Assembly: GCA_964608065.1 (NCBI GenBank)
Contig: CAZSMA010000001.1
Span: 16,572 to 66,759, forward strand
Direction: 5' to 3'
DNA from: an uncultured Methanosarcinales archaeon
GTDB taxonomy: Archaea > Nanobdellota > Nanobdellia > Woesearchaeales > CAYXTQ01
DNA length: 50,188 nt
Shown: one piece after another, positions 35,043 to 42,519 of the stretch
Position numbering within the stretch: the stretch's first letter is position 1
Layout of the letters: every line of letters starts with the position of its first letter
Made by a program: the position numbers and the translations under genes
The notes under the pieces: generated by a model
Database searches by the model: none
What the model was told of the DNA's origin: nothing
Seen by the model: the letters and a program-made list of their open reading frames with translations, nothing else

Positions 35043-35192
35043 TTCTGTCAAAAACCACCCATCAGAGAATAGGGCGGTATGATTTGTGACAGTACACATT
35101 CGGTGGTTTTTGATGCTCGGAATTCCACCAATGATGGATGGTTTTCGAGCACTACTCATACCACCAATCACAGATTGGTGGTATTCCGTTGT
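35043..35192 (+). promoter_or_regulatory. Structured, GC-enriched leader or small RNA upstream of the MBL hydrolase
   Basis: Three inverted repeats of 12, 5 and 11 bp. Repeated CCACC/GGTGG blocks. The last hairpin ends 8 nt before the ATG. Confidence 0.55.
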
Positions 35193-35750
35193 ATGAAATA
35201 CGTAGAAAAGATAACAAGTAATGTATGGAAAATAAAAGCAGACAGTAACATGTATGTTTTATTAGATGAAAAAACAATTATTGATACTGGAAATAGGTCT
35301 TCCAGAAACATATTGGAGACTTTCATGAGCAATGTAATTCTATTTGACAAAGTTGAAAAAGTTATATTCACACATTTGCATTATGACCATATTGGAAACT
35401 TTGACTTATTCAAAAAAGCAAAATTCTATGCTTCTGAAGAAGCAATCAATTCATTAAAAGAAAATAAATTAAACACAATATTAAACAAAGATATTGCAGA
35501 AAGATTCAATATTGAATTAAATAAACTGGAATCTTCTGAAAATTTCAAGATAATTAAAACACCTGGCCACACTAAAGGCTCTGTTTGCATTCTCTATAAA
35601 GATGTTCTTTTCAGCGGAGATACAATATTCAGCAAAGGTGCTGTTGGAAGAGTCGACCTACCTACTTCTGTTCCAGACAAATTCAAAGAAAGCCTTAACA
35701 AACTCTCAAATCTAAAATTCAAAATATTAGCTCCAGGACATGATTATTAG
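35193..35750 (+). CDS. MBL-fold metallo-hydrolase (glyoxalase II-like)
   Basis: THLHYDHIGN, TPGHTKGS and PGHD. Start set at MKYVEKITSNVW. Confidence 0.8.
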   Translation: MKYVEKITSNVWKIKADSNMYVLLDEKTIIDTGNRSSRNILETFMSNVILFDKVEKVIFTHLHYDHIGNFDLFKKAKFYASEEAINSLKENKLNTILNKDIAERFNIELNKLESSENFKIIKTPGHTKGSVCILYKDVLFSGDTIFSKGAVGRVDLPTSVPDKFKESLNKLSNLKFKILAPGHDY

Positions 35751-35793
35751 TTAATTATTTAAACCATTAATTTTAACAAGCAAAAGGGGGAAC

Positions 35794-38004
35794 ATGATAA
35801 AGAACTTTGAACCTAGACTTTACCAGCAGACTATTCTTAACACTGCTGTGAGCAACAACACTTTAGTTGTACTTCCAACTGGAATGGGGAAAACAAACAT
35901 TTTCCTGATGCTAGCAGCACATCGTCTCACTCAATATCCTAACTCTAAGATTCTCTTCATCGGACCAACCCGTCCTCTAATTGATCAATACAAACAAGTC
36001 TTCTTAAAACATTTTGAATTAGAAGAAGATAAGATTGCAATATTTACAGGTTTTGTCTCGCCAAAAAAAAGAGCAGAGCTTTGGAAAACTTCAAAATTAA
36101 TATTTTCAACACCACAAGGCCTGGAAAATGATATAATCTCAGGTAGAATCAACTTAGAAGAAGTCTCTTTATTGGGAGTTGATGAAGCGCACAGGGCTGT
36201 TGGTGACTATGCTTATGTTTTTGTTGCAAGACAATACCACAAACTAGCTAACTATCCCAGAATATTAGCTCTAACTGCTTCCCCTGGAGCTGAACTGGAA
36301 AAAATAGAAGAAGTATGCAAAAATCTTTTTATAGAAGATATTGAAGTAAGGACTGCTGAAAGCGAAGATGTTAAACAATACATACAGGAAATCAAAGTAG
36401 ATTTTGTTAATGTTGATCTTCCTCCGGTTTTCACAGATATAAAGAAAGACCTAACCAACTTCTTAAAGGATAGATTAGAAAAACTGAAAAAATGGGGTGT
36501 TTTAAGAAGAACTAACGTTAACTTTGTAAGCAAAAAAGATTTGTTAAGCCTTCAGGCACAAATCCGCGGAAGAGTTTCTTCTGGAGAAAAAGACTTCTTG
36601 ATGTGGAACTCTATCTCAGTATTAGCAGAGCTTATGAAAATCTATCATGGCCTGGAACTATTAGAATCTCAGGGAATTGTTTCATTACACAACTACTTAG
36701 ACAGACTGTATAAAGATTCTTTCTCAACTAATGTCAAAGCTGTAAAAAACATTGTAAAAGACCCTTATTTCAAATCGGCTTTGTTCAGAACACAAAAGCT
36801 TTACAATGAAAAAGTTGAGCATCCTAAATTGATAGAACTGCAAAAGATTGTAGAATCTGAATTTAAAAAAAATAAAAATATAAAACTTATTGTTTTCAAT
36901 CAATATAGAGATAATGCAAAAGACATTGAAGAAAAACTGAACAGGATAGAAAATATCAAAGCAAAAATCTTTGTAGGACAGCAAAGAAAAAAAGATACAG
37001 GGCTTTCGCAAAAAGAACAAAAGTTAATGTTAGATGAGTTCAGAGAAGACAAATTCAATGTCTTGGTCGCAACATCTATAGGAGAAGAAGGTTTAGATAT
37101 CCCTAAAGTTGACTTAGTTATTTTTTACGAACCAATACCTTCTGCAATAAGAACTGTCCAGCGTAGAGGAAGAACAGGAAGACTTGAAAAAGGCAGAGTT
37201 ATAATGCTTATTGCAAAAAACACAAGGGATGAAGCTTACAGATGGTCTGCATTCCACAAAGAAAGAAAAATGCACAAACATTTGCTGAATTTAAAAAAAA
37301 AACTAAACATAGAATATAATGTTCAGCCAACTTTGCAGAAATACACTCCAAAAGAAGAAAAACTAAAAATATTTGCAGACCACCGCGAGAAAAGTGCTGG
37401 TGTTATCAGAGAATTAGTTGACCTTGGTTTTAATATTTCAATGGAAAAACTCGATGCAGCAGATTATCTTGTAAGCAGTAGATGCGGTATTGAACTAAAA
37501 ACAGTGCATGACTTTGTCGGCAGCATCATAGACGGAAGGTTACTTGAACAGATAAAACAGTTAAAGCAAAGCTATGAACGTCCGCTGATTATTATAGAAG
37601 GTACAGAAGATATTTTTTCAGTCAGGAATGTGCATGCTAATTCTATAAGGGGTATGTTAGCTACAATCACGATAAGCTATGGAATCCCCATAGTAAACAC
37701 AAAAAATCCAAAAGAAACTGCAGCTTTAATCAATATCATAGCTAAAAGGGAACAAGAGAGTACAGGAAAAGAATTTACTTTACACTTTGAAAAAAAGACT
37801 TTAACACTAAAGGAACAACAAGAATATATTGTAAGCAGCTTGCCAGGAGTTGGAGCTAAATTAGCTAAACCTCTATTAAAAAAATTCAAGACAATAAAGA
37901 AAATATTCAATGCAAAAAAAAGCCAGTTAGAAAAAGTAGATAAAATTGGAACTAAAAAAGCTGAAGATATAAGAAAAGTTCTAGATTCAGAATATGAGTC
38001 TTAA
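35794..38004 (+). CDS. hef: Hef-type helicase-nuclease (SF2 DEAH helicase + ERCC4/XPF nuclease + HhH2)
   Basis: LPTGMGKT, VDEAH, TASPG and QRRGRTGR. Nuclease domain ADHRE...AADYLV...IELKTVHDF. C-terminal LPGVGAKLAKPLL HhH. Confidence 0.88.
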   Translation: MIKNFEPRLYQQTILNTAVSNNTLVVLPTGMGKTNIFLMLAAHRLTQYPNSKILFIGPTRPLIDQYKQVFLKHFELEEDKIAIFTGFVSPKKRAELWKTSKLIFSTPQGLENDIISGRINLEEVSLLGVDEAHRAVGDYAYVFVARQYHKLANYPRILALTASPGAELEKIEEVCKNLFIEDIEVRTAESEDVKQYIQEIKVDFVNVDLPPVFTDIKKDLTNFLKDRLEKLKKWGVLRRTNVNFVSKKDLLSLQAQIRGRVSSGEKDFLMWNSISVLAELMKIYHGLELLESQGIVSLHNYLDRLYKDSFSTNVKAVKNIVKDPYFKSALFRTQKLYNEKVEHPKLIELQKIVESEFKKNKNIKLIVFNQYRDNAKDIEEKLNRIENIKAKIFVGQQRKKDTGLSQKEQKLMLDEFREDKFNVLVATSIGEEGLDIPKVDLVIFYEPIPSAIRTVQRRGRTGRLEKGRVIMLIAKNTRDEAYRWSAFHKERKMHKHLLNLKKKLNIEYNVQPTLQKYTPKEEKLKIFADHREKSAGVIRELVDLGFNISMEKLDAADYLVSSRCGIELKTVHDFVGSIIDGRLLEQIKQLKQSYERPLIIIEGTEDIFSVRNVHANSIRGMLATITISYGIPIVNTKNPKETAALINIIAKREQESTGKEFTLHFEKKTLTLKEQQEYIVSSLPGVGAKLAKPLLKKFKTIKKIFNAKKSQLEKVDKIGTKKAEDIRKVLDSEYES

Positions 38005-38237
38005 ACAACATCACTACTTATCAAAGTTTCAGTTCCTTCAACACCAGAAACAGCTTTAACATTTTTGAAGATAAATGTATCCAGTTCTTTTATTTCTTTT
38101 ATTTCTACTTTAGTAATAATGTCATACTGTCCGTATAATATATGAAGCTCTTTAACTTCTTCTAATTTCATTAATTCTTCAGCTACTTCTTCATTTGTTC
38201 CGTGCCTTACAGTTATTAAAACATATGCTATTACCAT
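38001..38237 (-). CDS. Stand-alone Lrp/AsnC ligand-binding (RAM) domain protein
   Basis: 78 aa. VIAYVLITV...EVKELHILYGQYDIITKVE...VSGVEGTETLI. Confidence 0.7.
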   Translation of the reverse strand: MVIAYVLITVRHGTNEEVAEELMKLEEVKELHILYGQYDIITKVEIKEIKELDTFIFKNVKAVSGVEGTETLISSDVV

Positions 38238-38270
38238 TTTAACCCCAGCGCCTTAAGAATTAGTATTTGT

Positions 38271-38624
38271 TTAAAAATGTTGTTGTTTATTAATATAACT
38301 CAAAATCCCCTCAATCTGCCTTAACTTAGTCTTTTTAAAAAGAAACTCTCTAAATTTATTATCAACTTTAACTCCATGGTACTGTAACCCTGAATTCAAC
38401 TTTCCAAACAGCTTCTTGCCTTCTTTATCTAAATCAACTAATATTACAGCTTCTTTTGTTTTCTCAGCTACATCTTCTATAACATGAAAAATAGGCTTCT
38501 TACTCAAAGTAACTATATTAATAAGACATAATTTCTCTAAAGCTTCCTTATCCTTTTTACCTTCAACAATTATCAATTTACCAGATTCTTTTAAACTATC
38601 AATATAATCTATAATATCTTCCAT
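38271..38624 (-). CDS. Small Toprim-domain protein (COG1658-like)
   Basis: LIIVEGKKDKEALEKL (conserved Glu) and VILVDLDKEGKKL (DxD). Confidence 0.75.
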   Translation of the reverse strand: MEDIIDYIDSLKESGKLIIVEGKKDKEALEKLCLINIVTLSKKPIFHVIEDVAEKTKEAVILVDLDKEGKKLFGKLNSGLQYHGVKVDNKFREFLFKKTKLRQIEGILSYINKQQHF

Positions 38625-38680
38625 AGAACCAAAATAAATTTATATACTATTAAACATTTGCATATCTGGGGTCTTATTTA

Positions 38681-40150
38681 ATGATTGATAAAAGCACTTT
38701 ATTGACTTATTACAAAAGAAAAGACATACAGGAAGAGATCATAGCTAATGCAAAGAACAGAGAAATAGCTATAAAATTCGGTGATAAAGGCTTTGGTCAA
38801 AGACCTGATATTCTGCAATATCCTGGAGATATATTAGAATTAGCAAAACAAGGAGCAACTTCCTTCCATGCTTCTGAAGAACTATGGAGCAACCCATTAA
38901 GACTAACTCCAGATATGAAAAGAAGAGAACTTGAAGATCTAAGGATTGGATGGGATTTAGTTATTGACATTGACAGCCCTATCTGGCACTTATCAAAAAT
39001 AACTGCATGGCTTATTATAAAATCTTTAAAAGAGCACAATATCATATCAATCTCAGTAAAATTCTCAGGAAACAAAGGATTCCATATAGGTGTTCCTTTT
39101 GAAGCTTTCAAAAAAGAAAACAAAACAGAATTTCCTGAAATACCAAAAAAAATTGCCCTATACCTTCTAGACTATATTGGAAAAAAACATGTTAAAATTA
39201 TAAATAATGAACTAAAGTTTGGAAAAAAGTTCAAGATCAATATAAACAAACTAAGTAAAACTATGGGCAAAAGTATTGATGACCTGAGTTACTGGTTTTG
39301 CACTAGCTGTGAAAAAAAAATTGAAAAAAAAAGTGAACAGCAGGAAGAATACATCCTAAGCAGCGACGATATTGACTTTATCAATGAACCTCACCAAAAA
39401 AAGAAAATAAAAAAAGAGACATTTAAAAAAAAATTATGCAGCTGCAAGAATCCTGAATACATAAAGAAATTTAATCCTGCATCTATAATAGATATTGACA
39501 CAATCTTAATCTCATCAAGACATCTTTACAGAACACCTTACTCTCTTCATGAAAAATCAGGCTTAGCTTCTATACCAACAGACCCTGAAAAAATATTAAA
39601 TTTTGATGTAAAGCTTGCTGACCCTAATAAAGTCAAAGTGTCTAAATTCAGGTTTTTAGACAAAAGCAAAATTAAAATCAATGAAGCCTCTAATCTGTTG
39701 AATGCTGCTCTTGCATTCCATCCTGAAGAAAAAGGAGAAATAAACCTAAAGAGAGCGTATGATATACCAACAACAGCATTGCCTGAAAAATTTTTCCCAC
39801 CTTGCATGAAAAAAATTATAAAAGGTGACTTAGAGGATGGAAAAAAAAGATCATTGTTCACATTAATCAATTTCTTAAGCTCTGTTGGCTGGAGTTATGA
39901 TAAAATTGAATCCTTCCTCAAAGAATGGAATAAAAAAAACAAGGAACCTCTAAGAGATAATTACTTGTTTGGGCAACTACGTTACCATAAACAACAAAAA
40001 AAGAAAATACCTCCTGCTAACTGCGACAATTCAATGTATTATAAAGACCTAAGATTTTGCATCCCTGATAACCTGTGCAATAAGATAAAAAATCCTGTTA
40101 ATTACAGCAGAAGAAGAGTTTTTTACCTAAATAAGAGTAAAAAACAATAA
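38681..40150 (+). CDS. priS: Single-chain archaeo-eukaryotic primase: PriS catalytic domain fused to a PriL-like Fe-S C-terminal domain
   Basis: AEP motifs WDLVIDID, FSGNKGFHIGV and SSRHLYRTPYSLHEKSG. Cys pairs CTSC/CSC. C-terminal FFPPCMKKIIKG...KRSLFTLINFL...PPANC..(11)..C..(5)..C. Confidence 0.85.
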   Translation: MIDKSTLLTYYKRKDIQEEIIANAKNREIAIKFGDKGFGQRPDILQYPGDILELAKQGATSFHASEELWSNPLRLTPDMKRRELEDLRIGWDLVIDIDSPIWHLSKITAWLIIKSLKEHNIISISVKFSGNKGFHIGVPFEAFKKENKTEFPEIPKKIALYLLDYIGKKHVKIINNELKFGKKFKININKLSKTMGKSIDDLSYWFCTSCEKKIEKKSEQQEEYILSSDDIDFINEPHQKKKIKKETFKKKLCSCKNPEYIKKFNPASIIDIDTILISSRHLYRTPYSLHEKSGLASIPTDPEKILNFDVKLADPNKVKVSKFRFLDKSKIKINEASNLLNAALAFHPEEKGEINLKRAYDIPTTALPEKFFPPCMKKIIKGDLEDGKKRSLFTLINFLSSVGWSYDKIESFLKEWNKKNKEPLRDNYLFGQLRYHKQQKKKIPPANCDNSMYYKDLRFCIPDNLCNKIKNPVNYSRRRVFYLNKSKKQ

Positions 40151-40155
40151 CCTAT

Positions 40156-40200
40156 GAAAAACTTCGTTTTTCAAGGTCCCGAAAATATATAAACATTTTC
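40156..40200 (+). repeat. Variant two-hairpin element, copy F
   Basis: GAAAAAC-ttc-GTTTTTC, then AAG GTC CC, then GAAAAT-atataaac-ATTTTC. The following GATACC is shared with copy B. Confidence 0.6.
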
Positions 40201-40215
40201 GATACCTTTATAAAT
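40179..40215 (+). promoter_or_regulatory. Candidate BRE/TATA promoter(s) upstream of the ribosomal protein operon
   Basis: CCGAAAATATATAAAC (BRE-like CCGAAA + TATA) and a second TTTATAAAT at 40207-40215. Both lie about 200 nt upstream of the uL3 ATG. Confidence 0.45.
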
Positions 40216-40416
40216 GACTGCTGAATTCTTAGCCTAAACCTAAAAGTAGCGTTTATTTAACATTAAAACGTTATAGTTCACATAAAACAAGCCTGAAAAG
40301 TAGCTTCTTTTCAGTACAGTTTTTTATTTAACTAACTGTCTTTCTACAAGAAGCTTCACAAAAAGGCTTTTTATGCAAAAGTAAAAGCATATTAGCTTTA
40401 CTTATCTAAATAAAAA

Positions 40417-41415
40417 ATGGGAAAAGCACATAAACCAAGAAGTGGAAGTATGCAATATTGGCCTAGAAAAAGGGCTAAAAGACATTATGCTAGAGTCAGG
40501 TCTTGGCCTATGAGCAAAGAAGCTAAATTGCTCGGCTTTGCTGGCTATAAGGTTGGCATGACACACCTTGCTTTTATCGACAACAAAAAACAAACATTAA
40601 CAAAAGGACAGGAAATTAATTGTCCTGTAACAATCATCGAATGTCCTCCTTTAAAGGCTGCTTCTGTTCGTTTCTACAAAAAAAATAATTCCTGTTCAAA
40701 ACTTGTTTCTGAGATTTTTGCTGAAAAACTTGATAAAGAGCTAGAAAGAAAAATAAATATGCCTAAAGCTCAGAAGCCGAAGACTTCTGAAGGCTCGGAA
40801 AAAACAAAGAAAAAAATCGAAGATATCAAAGATTATGATGATATTACAATCCTTGTTTATACTCAACCAAAACTAACAGGCATAGGTAAAAAAAAACCTG
40901 AAATGTTTGAGATAGGTATGGGAGGGGATAAAGAAGCAAAACTTCAATATGCAAAATCAATATTAGGAAAAGAAATCTCAGTAAAAGACATATTCAAAGA
41001 AGGCCAGCAAGTTGATATTCATGCTGTTACAAAAGGAAAAGGGTTTCAGGGCCCAGTAAAAAGATTTGGTATAAGCATAAGGGCAAGTAAGTCTGAAAAA
41101 ACAAAAAGAGGCCCTGGTTCATTAGGTGGTTGGAAAGCACAAGGCCATTTCATGTATAGAGTTGCACATGCAGGCCAGACTGGTTATCACACAAGAACTC
41201 ACTATAACAGCTGGCTATTAAAGATTTCAGACAAGCCTGAAGAAATAAACCAAAAAAGCGGATTTAAACATTATGGTGTTGTTAAAAACCAATATATCTT
41301 GCTTAAAGGTTCTGTGGATGGTTCTACAAAAAGACTGATTAGAATGGTCAATTCATTATATCCAAACAGAAAAACACCAGTTGAAGCTCCTTCAATAACC
41401 CATATTACAAAATGA
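40417..41415 (+). CDS. rpl3: 50S ribosomal protein uL3
   Basis: KPRSGSMQYWPRKRA...GYKVGMTH...GKGFQGPVKRFG. Confidence 0.96.
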   Translation: MGKAHKPRSGSMQYWPRKRAKRHYARVRSWPMSKEAKLLGFAGYKVGMTHLAFIDNKKQTLTKGQEINCPVTIIECPPLKAASVRFYKKNNSCSKLVSEIFAEKLDKELERKINMPKAQKPKTSEGSEKTKKKIEDIKDYDDITILVYTQPKLTGIGKKKPEMFEIGMGGDKEAKLQYAKSILGKEISVKDIFKEGQQVDIHAVTKGKGFQGPVKRFGISIRASKSEKTKRGPGSLGGWKAQGHFMYRVAHAGQTGYHTRTHYNSWLLKISDKPEEINQKSGFKHYGVVKNQYILLKGSVDGSTKRLIRMVNSLYPNRKTPVEAPSITHITK

Positions 41416-42218
41416 AACTAAAGATAATAGGCACAGACAATACTTCAGTAGGAGAACAAACTTTGCCTAGTCAGTTTAGTGAAGAAATAAGACCTGACCT
41501 GATAAAAAGAGCGGTTCATGCTTTACAAGCTAATAAAAGACAGCCATACGGAGCTAAAGAAGAGGCTGGTAAAAGACACTCTGCATTCCTTTCAAAAAGA
41601 AGAAGAAAGTACAGAGGAACATATGGAATAGGCCAGTCAAGAACTCCAAGAAAAGTAATGACCAGAAGAGGAACAAGATTTTTTTATGTAGGAGCTGTCG
41701 CACCACAAACAGTAGGTGGAAGAAGAGCTCATCCTCCAAAAGCAGAAAAAAATTGGGGGAAAAAGATAAATAAGAAAGAAAGGAGGAAAGCAATAAGATC
41801 TGCAATATCTGCCACAATCATCAAAGATATGGTCAAGGAGAGAGGCCATAAAGTTCCTGACAATTTCCCTTTCATTATAGATAGTAAAATTGAAAAAATA
41901 AGCAAGACAAAGGAAATAAAAATTTTTTTAAAAAAAATAGGATTAAAAGAAGAACTTGCAAGATCTGAAAAAAAAAAAGTTAGAGCGGGAAAAGGTAAAA
42001 TGCGTGGAAGAAAATACAGGAAAAAAATAGGACCTTTATTAGTTGTTTCAAAAGATTGTAAATTATTAAACTCTGGAAAAAACATTCCAGGAATCAGTGT
42101 TGTTAAAGTCAATAATCTAAATGCAGAGATTTTAGCACCAGGAGCTATGCCTGGAAGATTAACTTTATGGACAAAAGACTCAATAGAACTATTGGAGAAA
42201 AAAAAATTATTCATATAA
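41412..42218 (+). CDS. rpl4: 50S ribosomal protein uL4
   Basis: RQPYGAKEEAGKRHSA...GIGQSRTPR...GRRAHPPK. Confidence 0.95.
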   Translation: MKLKIIGTDNTSVGEQTLPSQFSEEIRPDLIKRAVHALQANKRQPYGAKEEAGKRHSAFLSKRRRKYRGTYGIGQSRTPRKVMTRRGTRFFYVGAVAPQTVGGRRAHPPKAEKNWGKKINKKERRKAIRSAISATIIKDMVKERGHKVPDNFPFIIDSKIEKISKTKEIKIFLKKIGLKEELARSEKKKVRAGKGKMRGRKYRKKIGPLLVVSKDCKLLNSGKNIPGISVVKVNNLNAEILAPGAMPGRLTLWTKDSIELLEKKKLFI

Positions 42219-42220
42219 AA

Positions 42221-42257
42221 CCAACGAAGTTGGTGCCGAAAACCGGAGGTTTTCAAG
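42221..42257 (+). repeat. Two-hairpin intergenic element, copy E (uL4/uL23 spacer)
   Basis: CCAACGAAGTTGGTGCCGAAAACC-gga-GGTTTTCAAG. The 22-mer is identical to copy A. Contains the GGAGG SD of uL23. Confidence 0.85.
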
Positions 42258-42258
42258 C

Positions 42259-42519
42259 ATGGACCCTTACAAAATAATCAAATATCCAACATCAACTGAA
42301 AAATCAATAAGGTTGATGGAATCAGAAAATAAACTGATGTTTGTTGTAGATAAAAAAGCAACTAAAGCCGATATTAAAAAAAGCATTGAGAAAATTTTCA
42401 AAGCAAAAGTGATAGATGTTAACACATTTAATGATCAGCACGGAAATAAAAAAGCTTATGTTAAATTCAGTGATACAACACCTGCAATAGATATTGCAAC
42501 TGAAATGGGTCTGATGTAA
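42259..42519 (+). CDS. rpl23: 50S ribosomal protein uL23
   Basis: IIKYPTSTEKSIRLMESENKLMFVVDKKATKADIKKSIEKIF. Confidence 0.95.
   Translation: MDPYKIIKYPTSTEKSIRLMESENKLMFVVDKKATKADIKKSIEKIFKAKVIDVNTFNDQHGNKKAYVKFSDTTPAIDIATEMGLM

Noticed and set aside
35079-35192. ORF-track N-terminal extension of the MBL hydrolase (MICDSTHSVVFDARNSTNDGWFSSTTHTTNHRLVVFRC)
   Set aside because: It has no Lys in 38 residues, and its composition is unlike any real protein in this proteome. It coincides with perfect inverted repeats, and the MBL fold begins at the ATG at 35193. I treated it as non-coding structured RNA/DNA.
41729-42256. 175-aa antisense ORF over uL4, and similar long antisense ORFs at 23227-23484, 6956-7657, 49243-49650, 28282-28584 and 36724-37020
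   Set aside because: These are shadow ORFs opposite well-supported genes. Their F/S/L-rich low-complexity translations are typical of the reverse strand of K/E-rich coding sequence, and they have no motifs or independent start signals.
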